From Candidatus Latescibacterota bacterium (GTDB taxonomy: Bacteria > Latescibacterota > UBA2968 > UBA8231): a DNA stretch of 64,000 bases. Under the pieces are notes generated by a model. The model worked only from the letters and a program-made list of their open reading frames with translations, was not told the DNA's origin and searched no databases. Where the stretch lies: positions 3,200,001-3,264,000 of the forward strand of contig OZ253462.1 in assembly GCA_965261395.1 (NCBI GenBank), written 5' to 3'. Both the position numbers and the translations under genes were made by a program. Positions 10,058-18,607 of the stretch are shown in pieces (position 1 is the first letter of the stretch; each line of letters opens with the position of its first letter).

Positions 10058-11099
10058 TTCCATCGTCCTGCAACCTGCCTATATCGTCGATCGCCGGCAG
10101 GACTACGTGTGGTTTGTGGGGCTACCGTTTGCTGCGGTGGGCTTTGCGCTAGTGTCGGGGCACTACCTGCCAGGGGCCGCGCTGGCGGCCATTGCCTTGT
10201 GGGTGACCATTCCGCATCACTTCGTCACTTGGCTGCGCGTCTATGGCTCGCCTGCGGAGTTTGCCCGCTTCAAGGAGCGCTTCCTTCTCGGGCCGGTGCT
10301 CTTAGTTGCCTTTGCCTACGGCCTGATCCAATGGGCGCCGTTGAGCTTGGTGTTGATCGTGACGTTGTGGGATCACCAACACAGCTTGATGCAGCAGTAC
10401 GGCTTTGCGCGCGTGTACGACTTCAAGGCCAAGGCTGGCACGCCCGCAACCGCTAAGTTCGACTTGGCCCTCAATTGGATCTTCTTTGGCAACATGCTCG
10501 TGGTGTCGCCGCTGTTTTCCACGGTCTGGGTGCGCATGTTGCACGAGTGGCACTTGCCCATCAGCGCGGAGGCGGTAAAGACGGTACACCTCGTCTCGTG
10601 GACTATTGCTATTGCCTACGGCCTGATCTACTTGGGGCACATTGCCTATTGCGCCCGGCGCGGCTTGGCGCTCAATCCCCTCAAATACGCCTTTCTGCTG
10701 TCGAGCTATTTCCTGTGGTACTTCACTAGCTTTACCACGGCCTATCTACTCGTCTTTGCGGTGGCGCACCGGATCATGCACGGGATCCAGTACATCGTCA
10801 TGGTGTATTTCTACAATCGCCACAAAGTCGAGCGCACGGGCGGCGACTCGGCCCTGATGCGCTATGTGTCGAGCAAGGGGGGCGTCAAGTTCTTTCTCCT
10901 AATGTGCGCGGCCTACGCCGTCGTCTTTCACGCGCTGAGCGAGGGCTTGGTGCGCGACTTTGGCTTTGGCCTAGTCGGCTTCAATACCAATTTCGACCTC
11001 TTCAGCTATTCGCTGCTCAGTTCCTTTGCTCTGATCCACTACTACTACGACGCATTTATATGGAAAGTGCGGAAAAAGGACGTGCAGGAGGGGCTGTAG
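10047..11099 (+). CDS. Uncharacterised polytopic membrane protein with His motifs
   Basis: About 8-9 hydrophobic segments; PHHFVT, WDHQHSLMQQYGF, HRIMHGIQY, HYYYDAFIWK. Confidence 0.75.
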   Translation: MANNSIVLQPAYIVDRRQDYVWFVGLPFAAVGFALVSGHYLPGAALAAIALWVTIPHHFVTWLRVYGSPAEFARFKERFLLGPVLLVAFAYGLIQWAPLSLVLIVTLWDHQHSLMQQYGFARVYDFKAKAGTPATAKFDLALNWIFFGNMLVVSPLFSTVWVRMLHEWHLPISAEAVKTVHLVSWTIAIAYGLIYLGHIAYCARRGLALNPLKYAFLLSSYFLWYFTSFTTAYLLVFAVAHRIMHGIQYIVMVYFYNRHKVERTGGDSALMRYVSSKGGVKFFLLMCAAYAVVFHALSEGLVRDFGFGLVGFNTNFDLFSYSLLSSFALIHYYYDAFIWKVRKKDVQEGL

Positions 11100-11164
11100 C
11101 AGAGGCTCTGTTGCGCTGCGGCAAAGTAGCTACTGACCACTCATCAGGACCAGGAGATTGAGCC

Positions 11165-13006
11165 ATGCTCGAAGTCGTCCTCGCCGTCGCTGTGTTCGCC
11201 GTCGCTGCGGCCATTGTCCGCCAAGTCACGGCCGATGCGTGCTACGACCTCTCCGACGGGGAGCGCCATCCCCATAAGTGGGGCTACACGGATACCCGCT
11301 TTGAGTTCGACGGACCGAAGACCGTGCGGGTTACTGGCAGCCGCTATCCGATAGCCGGCTTCACCATGCCGCACTTCATCCCCTTTGTCGAAGAAATGCT
11401 CCAGGTCCCGATTGATCCCAATGAGATGGCCGTTGAAAAAGAGGTCCAAGCCGTGCCGCCCTCGCGAGCAGACGAAAGCCTCGTCGCCGCTTGGCAGGAC
11501 GCGCTCGGCGCAGAGCGGGTGTCGCTCGACGACGCAGAGCGCCTAATCCACAGCCACGGCCAGCTCAGCGTCGATGAGGTCTATCGCTTGCTCTACGGCG
11601 ACGCCTTGGAGCGAGTGGTCGATTTAGTGCTTTATCCAGAGAGCGAAGACCACGTGCGCACCATCGTGCGTCTCGCCTCCGAGCACAATGTTTGTCTCGT
11701 GCCCTACGGCGGCGGCACCAACGTCAGCGGCGCGCTGGCCCTGCCCGTCGACGATGGCCGCGTCTTCGCTTCGGTCGATATGCGGCGCATGAACCGGATC
11801 GTCTCTCTCGACGAGGAAAACCTCCAAGCCTGCATCGAAGCGGGGATTTCGGGCAAGGAGCTGGAGCGGGAACTCACCGCCCGGGGCTACACCGTCGGCC
11901 ACGACCCCGACAGCATTGAACTTTCGACCTTGGGCGGCTGGATCGCCACCAACGCCAGCGGCATGAAGAAAAACCGCTACGGCAATATCGAAGACATCGT
12001 CCTCGAAGCGACCCTGGTGACGCCGACCGGCGCGGTGGAGACTTTGCACACTACGCCGCGCAACTCGACCGGCATCCAGCCGCGCGGGCTGCTTTTTGGC
12101 TCGGAGGGCAACCTCGGCATCATCACCAAGGCCGTGCTCAAGATCCATCCTCAACCGGAAGTGCGCGAATACGGTTCGCTGGTGTTCAAGTCCTTTGCCC
12201 AAGGCGTGGAGTACTTGCAGGCGCTGCGGCAGACTGGGACTTTGCCGGCGAGTATTCGCTTGGTCAATAACCAAGAATTCCGCTTTGGACAGGCCCTCAA
12301 GGCCGCGCCCTCTCCTGTGAAGCACCTCAAGGAAAAGGTGCAGAAGTTTGCCTTATTGAAGGTGTTGGGCTTTGACCCGCTAAAAATGGCGGCGTGTACG
12401 ATCGCCATGGAGGGGACCCGCGCCGAGGTCGCGCATCAGAAGCGGACGATCTTCAAGCTGGCCAAGGCCCACGGCGGCAAGAGTGCCGGCGCTACCAACG
12501 GCCGGCGCGGCTACATGCTGACCTTTGGGATCGCCTATATCCGCGACTTTTTAAACCAGTTCGATTTCTTGGGCGAGACCTTTGAGACCTCCGTGCCTTG
12601 GAGCCGCATCCACGACGTGACGCAGGCCGTGCAAGCGGAGTTGGTCGCGCAGTGTAGCGCACGCGGCGTCGCTGGGCGGCCCTACCTGTCGTACCGGGTG
12701 ACGCAGACGTATCACACGGGGGTCTGCATCTACTTTACGATGGGGTTTTCCGGGCGGGGATTGGCGCAACCCATTGAGGTCTATCACGAGATTGAGCATA
12801 TGCTGCGGCAGACGATTTTGGACCACGGCGGCTCGCTGTCGCACCACCACGGGGTAGGCAAAATCCGGCAGAGCTTCGTCCGGCACATCCAGAGCGACAA
12901 CAGCATCGAAGTATTGCGAAAGACCAAGGAAGCGCTGGATCCGCAGAATATCTTTGGCATTCAGAATGGGATTTTTGGCAGTGCGTGCCGGGAGCCTGAG
13001 GAATAA
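11165..13006 (+). CDS. agpS: Alkyldihydroxyacetonephosphate synthase-like FAD-linked enzyme
   Basis: PYGGGTNVS, GHDPDSIELSTLGGWIATNASGMKKNRYGNIED, GSEGNLGIIT, ETFETSVPW, RVTQTYHTGVCIYF, GGSLSHHHGVGK; AGGAG SD upstream. Confidence 0.85.
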   Translation: MLEVVLAVAVFAVAAAIVRQVTADACYDLSDGERHPHKWGYTDTRFEFDGPKTVRVTGSRYPIAGFTMPHFIPFVEEMLQVPIDPNEMAVEKEVQAVPPSRADESLVAAWQDALGAERVSLDDAERLIHSHGQLSVDEVYRLLYGDALERVVDLVLYPESEDHVRTIVRLASEHNVCLVPYGGGTNVSGALALPVDDGRVFASVDMRRMNRIVSLDEENLQACIEAGISGKELERELTARGYTVGHDPDSIELSTLGGWIATNASGMKKNRYGNIEDIVLEATLVTPTGAVETLHTTPRNSTGIQPRGLLFGSEGNLGIITKAVLKIHPQPEVREYGSLVFKSFAQGVEYLQALRQTGTLPASIRLVNNQEFRFGQALKAAPSPVKHLKEKVQKFALLKVLGFDPLKMAACTIAMEGTRAEVAHQKRTIFKLAKAHGGKSAGATNGRRGYMLTFGIAYIRDFLNQFDFLGETFETSVPWSRIHDVTQAVQAELVAQCSARGVAGRPYLSYRVTQTYHTGVCIYFTMGFSGRGLAQPIEVYHEIEHMLRQTILDHGGSLSHHHGVGKIRQSFVRHIQSDNSIEVLRKTKEALDPQNIFGIQNGIFGSACREPEE

Positions 13007-13799
13007 AACAGTCGTTATCACCGGTGCTTCTGCGGGCTTGGGCGCGACGCTGGCGCGGGAGTGCGCCCAGCAGGGAGCGCGGTTGGTTGTCTTAGCGCGG
13101 AATGCCGAGCGGCTGGAGGCGGTCGCCCGAGAGTGCGAGCAGTTGGCAAGCGAGGTGCTGACCGTCGTCGGGGATGTCGCCGTGGCCGAGGATGGCAAGC
13201 GGCTGGTGGAGGCCGCGATCGAGCGCTTTGGGCGCATAGACTACTTGGTCGCCAACGCCGGCGTTAGCATGTGGACCGAGTTTGCCGCGATCGAGGATGT
13301 GGCGTTGTTCCGCAAGCTGATGGAAGTGAATTACTTGGGGGCGGTGCACTGCGTGCATCCGGCGCTGCCGCATCTCAAAAAAAGCAAGGGCCTATTCGTG
13401 GTCATTTCGTCCATTCAGGGGCAGGTGGGGGTGCCGCTGCACACGGGGTACTCGGCGTCCAAACACGCGCTACAGGGGTTTTGCGATGCGCTGCGGATGG
13501 AGGTGGCCGAGAGCGGGGTGGGGGTGATGACCGTGCTCTTGCACTGGCTCAAGGGGACGGAGCTGCGGCAACGCGCACTGGGGAAAGACGGGAAGGCGTT
13601 GGGCACTGCATCGCGCAAACACCGGGCGGAAGCGGTGAGTTTAGAAGAGGCGTCGCAGGCAATTGTGCGCGGGATGCAGAAGCGACAGCCGCGGCTTTAT
13701 GTGCCTAGGCGGCTCAGGCTGCTGGCGGCGGTCCACGCCCTGTGGCCGACGCTGGCTGAATGGGTCGTCAAGGGGAAGGTGGCGCGGGAGGAAGGGTAG
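12966..13799 (+). CDS. Short-chain dehydrogenase/reductase, DHRS7/DHRS7B-like (start 12966 or 12981)
   Basis: TGASAGLG, NAG, MEVNYLG, ISSIQG, YSASK; overlaps the end of the AGPS-like gene. Confidence 0.85.
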   Translation: MGFLAVRAGSLRNKTVVITGASAGLGATLARECAQQGARLVVLARNAERLEAVARECEQLASEVLTVVGDVAVAEDGKRLVEAAIERFGRIDYLVANAGVSMWTEFAAIEDVALFRKLMEVNYLGAVHCVHPALPHLKKSKGLFVVISSIQGQVGVPLHTGYSASKHALQGFCDALRMEVAESGVGVMTVLLHWLKGTELRQRALGKDGKALGTASRKHRAEAVSLEEASQAIVRGMQKRQPRLYVPRRLRLLAAVHALWPTLAEWVVKGKVAREEG

Positions 13800-13806
13800 G
13801 TTGGGG

Positions 13807-16576
13807 CTATGACTGTTCGACGCGGAGCCGATCGCCCAGTTCGAGATCGTCCAGAATCTGCTGCAATTCAGCCTCCATGTTCTGTGCAAATTGCGAGCGG
13901 ACACTCACGGTAAATTCAATACCGACGCTAAGGTCTTCCCCGGAGCGCAGCTTGGGCAGCATCTTGGTTCCTAGCCGGTTCCAGACTTCGGGAGGTACGG
14001 TGCCGGTAAGCCGAAGCGTTGTCTTTTGATTGTCCGGGCTCGGTGCAGGATCCGGTCCCGATTCAAGCTCTGGCTGGGGTGCTGGCTCTGGGCTCGGCGC
14101 GGGTTCCGGTTGCGTCTGGGACGAATCTTCAGATGCGACTTTGAGTTCTTTGGCTTTGGTCACCAAGAAGACATTTTTCTCAAACGCCACTTCCTCGGCT
14201 TCGACCGACTCTTCATACCACAGCCGATTAAAGCCGCCATCGTCCTTGGCACCAGAGGCTAGGCCGAACTCTCCCTTCGCCACGAACTCAACGACCTTCT
14301 GACGCAGGATCGCGTCTGGATCGAGCAGCCGCGTCAATGCGCCGTTCAGAAAGCTCTGGCGCAGACTTGTGAGCGGCCAAGCGCCGGTGTCTTTGAACGC
14401 CGACGGCCAGTGGCGATCAATGTAGCCTGCACCCACGTTCTCGTTGAGCAGGGCCTCGGATTTCAAGGCACTGATAATCCGTCCGCAGAGGGTTTCGCTG
14501 GCGCTCGCGTGACCGGCCCCGAGGTCGATGATCTTGAGCCCATGCTTTTCCTGAGTATCCGCAAGCGCGACGAAGCGATAGCCGGCCCATACTTCGTCCT
14601 TGGCCGCGGTCTCCGCGTCCCGAACATGGGTCTGAATCTCGGCGCGGTCGGCGCGGTCGTATTCTGAGCCGAGGACGCCCTCGCTTACCTCTTGCGCCAC
14701 GCGCTTCCAAGCGAGCCATAGCTCGACCTTATCGCGCAGTTCACGCCCCGGTTTCCTCGCACACCAGACCAACGAACCTGGGTACAGCCGTGGCGAAGTG
14801 CCCCGCTCTTGCGTCCAATGACCAATGCGTTCGACCACTTGGTTGCCGTTTATCCATTCCTGATCGGGGTCGAGGACGATCAGGGTGAGGCGCGGAGAAT
14901 CTTGGACTGTGGTGCTGTCCTGTGGGAAGAAAGCTATCGGCAGGGTCGCGCCGCGTTTGAACTCCTCCTCGACCAGCTTGTGGACCGCCGGCTTGATCTC
15001 TGTAGCCTCGTCGAGCGAAGCCCGTCGGTCGCTGACGACCTTGCGCAGCGTCGCTTGATGGTGAATGCGATAGCCGTCCGTGCCGACCTTGCGGATAAAG
15101 AACCCCGACCCTTCGAGAGCCGTTGCCGCGCTGTCAATAGTCGTGGTCTCGACCTCGGGCTCGCCGAGCGCAAAGCGCAATTCCGGCAGATGGGCCACCT
15201 TGTCCACCTGTCCACCGGAGGACTCGAAGAGGATGGCCGTGCCTACCCGGCGGTGGATGTCGCGCAGCGCACCCGTGGCGTCCGCATCTAGGGATCTGGC
15301 ATGTGCCATCGGCCCGGCGAGGTCGGCGTCAATTGCCACGTCGAGCCGCGACTCGCCCAACTGGCCCAAGACCACGGCGCGAAATTCGGGCACGTCCAAA
15401 GGTGCCGACCCCAGCGTAATCAGCGATTCGGTTCGCGCCCTTGTGAACTGCTCGCGCGCGGCCCAGGAGATCCATTGCGCCAGCATGGCCAGCGCGCCTC
15501 GGGTTTGCTGGAACTGGGTGAGTGCACGCCACTTGCGCTGGAAGACCGAAAGGGTTGCCGGATGGAAGGGATAGCACGCCTCGAATCGCGCCCGCAGAAA
15601 TTCTTTTGCTTTGGTCTCGGTCGTCGTGGTATCGACCGCTAGCCACTCGGCGGGCAAGCGAGCGGTGCGTTCAAAACACCAGTCCGCGTAGGTCTTGGCG
15701 ACGCGCTTGCGAAGGCGCTCGTTGCCGAGGTCCTCGAACAGCCGCCGGCGCACCACCTCGCTGATTTCGGATTCGTCATTGGCGATCAGGTCGCGGGCGA
15801 CACGGCGCACCACCTTGGTGATCCGGTCCTGCCACTGTTGATCCCAATCGGTCATTTCGACTTGGCTGCGCGGTAGGCTGATGACCGCTGCGGCCTGAGT
15901 GGTGCCGGTGACGGCGACGGTCAGGTTTTGTAGGAAAGCGTGGAAAGGCTCAGCCATGGGGCGATGGCGATTGACGAAGTTCAGGACTTCATCGAATAAC
16001 AGCAGCACGGGCGCGTCCGCAGCGGCGAATACGTTGGCTAGTGCCTCGGTTCCTGGTGGTGTGGTCTGTGCGGCAGCGCCGAGCGCAGCGACGCCCTTAT
16101 CGCCGGCTAGTTGGCGCGCTAGGTCAATCCAAGGCGTTTCCTTGCCTTCCACAGGATCCCAGGCATTGCCGACGAAGACGCCGACGCGGGCGGGCGGGGC
16201 TTCTGCAATCCCCGCCTCGTCCAGAAGGTCTGCCACGCCGGGGAACTTGGCGGCATCCGCGCCAGCATTGGCGATATGGTACAGGGAAGCCAGTGTATGC
16301 GTCTTGCCGCCGCCGAATTGGGTGACGAGCGTGAGGACTGGTGCCGTGTTCTCGGTCTTGCCGGAAAGACGCCGGAGGACCATGCCGGCGTGTTCCTTAC
16401 AGGGCGCGGGTGAAGCAGGTACGCGAAAAAAATTGCGCTGGATCGCGGTAATCCACGGGGGCGGTTTGGGCTACGATCTGCTCAAGGGCGATGGCGAACT
16501 CGTCCGGGCTGAACGAGCGGCCTTCGCGAACTTCTTTACGGAGCGTTACGATTTTATACCAAGGGTCGAGGGCCAT
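13807..16576 (-). pseudogene. DUF499 AAA+ ATPase, frameshifted near 5' end
   Basis: ATG 16576 gives MALDPWYKIVTLRKEVREGRSFSPDEFAIALEQ..FFSRTCFTRAL*; removing one base near 16399 gives ..RALKEHAGMVLRRL joining ORF 13807-16383 (TQFGGGKTH Walker A, LLLFDE Walker B, CYPFHP, FQQTRG). Confidence 0.85.
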
Positions 16577-16619
16577 TCTGTATCTCTCTTCGATCAGTTA
16601 TCTACGCGGCGGTTCAATC

Positions 16620-16845
16620 TCAGCTCCCCAGCGACTCTAAGCTCGTTACCCAGCCGTTGAACCGAGGGCATTCAGCGCGAATTGTAGCCAAGCCTATCTC
16701 TATTCCCGCCGGCAGATCTGCCGCGGGCGCTGCCAAGCAGAATCGGTGTTGGCTCGACTCCTCTTTCCCGTAAGTGATCCGCGAGAAATTGTTTGACGAA
16801 TTCCTCTTCGGTTTGGCCTTCCACCGATATGGCCAGTCGGATCAC
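16620..16845 (-). pseudogene. DUF4276-family protein with large internal deletion
   Basis: GTG overlapping ATPase stop gives (M)IRLAISVEGQTEEEFVK..AGGN, fused out of frame near 16700 to a typical C-terminus EIGLATIRAECPRFNGWVTSLESLGS*. Confidence 0.75.
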
Positions 16846-17960
16846 GGACGCCCTCCGAGCAAGTTCTTCTGCCAAAGCTCACCGGACGTGAAGTTGTCGT
16901 CGAGCCATACCTGATAGTCATCCGGGGACAGTTTGCGAAACTCAGTACAACCGTCCTGTAGCTCTAATACGAAAATCTCGTTGAGACCGAACGCATCAAC
17001 CAGCAAAGGCGATTGCGTTGCCACAATGACCTGCCGTTCCTCGGCGAGGGACTTTATCATACCCCCGACCAAGGCGATGGCTGCCGGATGCAAGCCCAGT
17101 TCCGGTTCGTCCAACAGGAGTACGTCGGGCAACATCTCGGGCGGTAGATTGAGCAGTGTCACCAAGGCAAAGAACCGTAGCGAGCCGTCAGACGTGAGGT
17201 GTGCACCAAAGGTCTTGTCCGTTCCCTTGGCCTTCCACCTTAGCAGCACTTTTCCGTAGCTCTCCTCGATCTGAAAACGGTCGAAGACTGGCAAGACTCG
17301 GCTGATATGCTGGCAGATTAGCTCATATCGCTTGATGTTTTCCCGCTCCAACCGGTGCAGTACGGCGGCCAAGTTGCCCCCGTGGCTAAGAAGGTAGTTG
17401 TTGTCCTCCGTGTCCCATCTCTTTTTGAAGTCAGATGTATCGGATGTGTCGTGAAATTGATAGACAGCGCAATTGCGAAGCAGGTTCACAATTACCTTGG
17501 CGGTGATGAGGTCGTTAGCAGAAAATTCGCTGGGCTTTGTGACCCGGACAATCTCGGCTTCCTGATGCCCACTTCCCAAGTATTGCCACTCGCTTCTGAA
17601 TCGGAAACTCTCCTCGCTAAAGAAAAAGCGGTCAGGATGAGCGTGGGAAAGTATGAACCGATAGTTGTAGCCGTAGCGGCCCGCTTCGGGTCTCAATCTA
17701 ACCTCGGCCTCTATGCGTGGAGTACGTCGGCTGCCACCATGCAATTGATCGTCGGCCCCTCCTTGCATCTCGACAAACTCGGCAAGTCTGCGAGGCCCAA
17801 GCATCCAGCTCAGCATTTCGAAGAAGCGAATGAAATTGGACTTGCCCGAGCCGTTGGCACCAATTAGGACCGCCGCCTTGGGAATTCCCGCAAGCTCGAC
17901 ATCGGCTAACGACCGGAAACCCTGGATGCGGACATGATCTATAAAGGTTGTTTTACTCAT
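16842..17960 (-). CDS. ABC-superfamily ATPase (AAA_21/SMC-like), DUF4276 partner
   Basis: IQGFRSL, GANGSGKSN, TSDGSLR, LLLDEPELGLHP, VATQSP. Confidence 0.88.
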   Translation of the reverse strand: MSKTTFIDHVRIQGFRSLADVELAGIPKAAVLIGANGSGKSNFIRFFEMLSWMLGPRRLAEFVEMQGGADDQLHGGSRRTPRIEAEVRLRPEAGRYGYNYRFILSHAHPDRFFFSEESFRFRSEWQYLGSGHQEAEIVRVTKPSEFSANDLITAKVIVNLLRNCAVYQFHDTSDTSDFKKRWDTEDNNYLLSHGGNLAAVLHRLERENIKRYELICQHISRVLPVFDRFQIEESYGKVLLRWKAKGTDKTFGAHLTSDGSLRFFALVTLLNLPPEMLPDVLLLDEPELGLHPAAIALVGGMIKSLAEERQVIVATQSPLLVDAFGLNEIFVLELQDGCTEFRKLSPDDYQVWLDDNFTSGELWQKNLLGGRP

Positions 17961-17989
17961 CGAATATTCTCCCTACGGCGGTCGGCACA

Positions 17990-18031
17990 TCAATCGAGGA
18001 GAAATTTCACTGCTTTATACCAAGGCTCCAT
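17990..18031 (-). pseudogene. Orphan 5' fragment of a DUF499 gene (MEPWYKAVKFLLD*)
   Basis: GAGGAG SD then ATG GAG CCT TGG TAT AAA; shares CCTTGGTATAAA with the DUF499 start. Confidence 0.6.
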
Positions 18032-18121
18032 CGCTACTCCTCTGGCTCTCACGGATTGAGCGACTCTGCGATGTGGTCGAGTTTCTCGTGTGTCTCCGGG
18101 TGGATCTCGTCTATATCGCAG

Positions 18122-18604
18122 CTATTCTACTCGGCACAGATCTCTCCTGCCAAGTAGTTTCTTATGTGCAGACCTGAATTCCTTGTTCGGGTTCTTTTTT
18201 TTGTCCGTTGAATAAACTTTTCCTAGTGGGTTGTCGATCAACTTCTTGTCCCTGAAATCATCCAGTAAATCCTTATCGTTAGAGTACAATAGACGGGCTC
18301 CGCTGACTTGGGCTAAAGCAAGAACGTGAGGATCATCTGACCTGATTGCGCCTTCACTCTGGATCTGCTCTGTCCTTGCGTCAACTTCGCTTTTGTTTAG
18401 GATGCTCATCTTTCCAGCAAGCAGGAGCTGTTGTGCTTCTTTTCTAAAGCCCTCCGAACTCCCCTCAAGCTCCTCAAGCAGCTTGCCACCGACCATCAGA
18501 CGTCCACTTCCTTTTTTGAGCCATTCCAAGAACTTCTCGCCTGCCGGCGGTAGACTAGAACCGAACACCTCAGAGACGGCGTTTGCGTCAACAATTGCGC
18601 ACAC
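18122..18604 (-). CDS. PIN-domain protein
   Basis: AIVDANAVSE, SDDPHVLALA, LLYSNDKDL. Confidence 0.75.
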   Translation of the reverse strand: MCAIVDANAVSEVFGSSLPPAGEKFLEWLKKGSGRLMVGGKLLEELEGSSEGFRKEAQQLLLAGKMSILNKSEVDARTEQIQSEGAIRSDDPHVLALAQVSGARLLYSNDKDLLDDFRDKKLIDNPLGKVYSTDKKKNPNKEFRSAHKKLLGRRDLCRVE

Positions 18605-18607
18605 GTT

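Noticed and set aside
14030-14115. Short GGCTC/GGTGC repeats
   Set aside because: Encode the Pro/Glu-rich linker (PEPAPSPEPAPQPE) of the DUF499 protein
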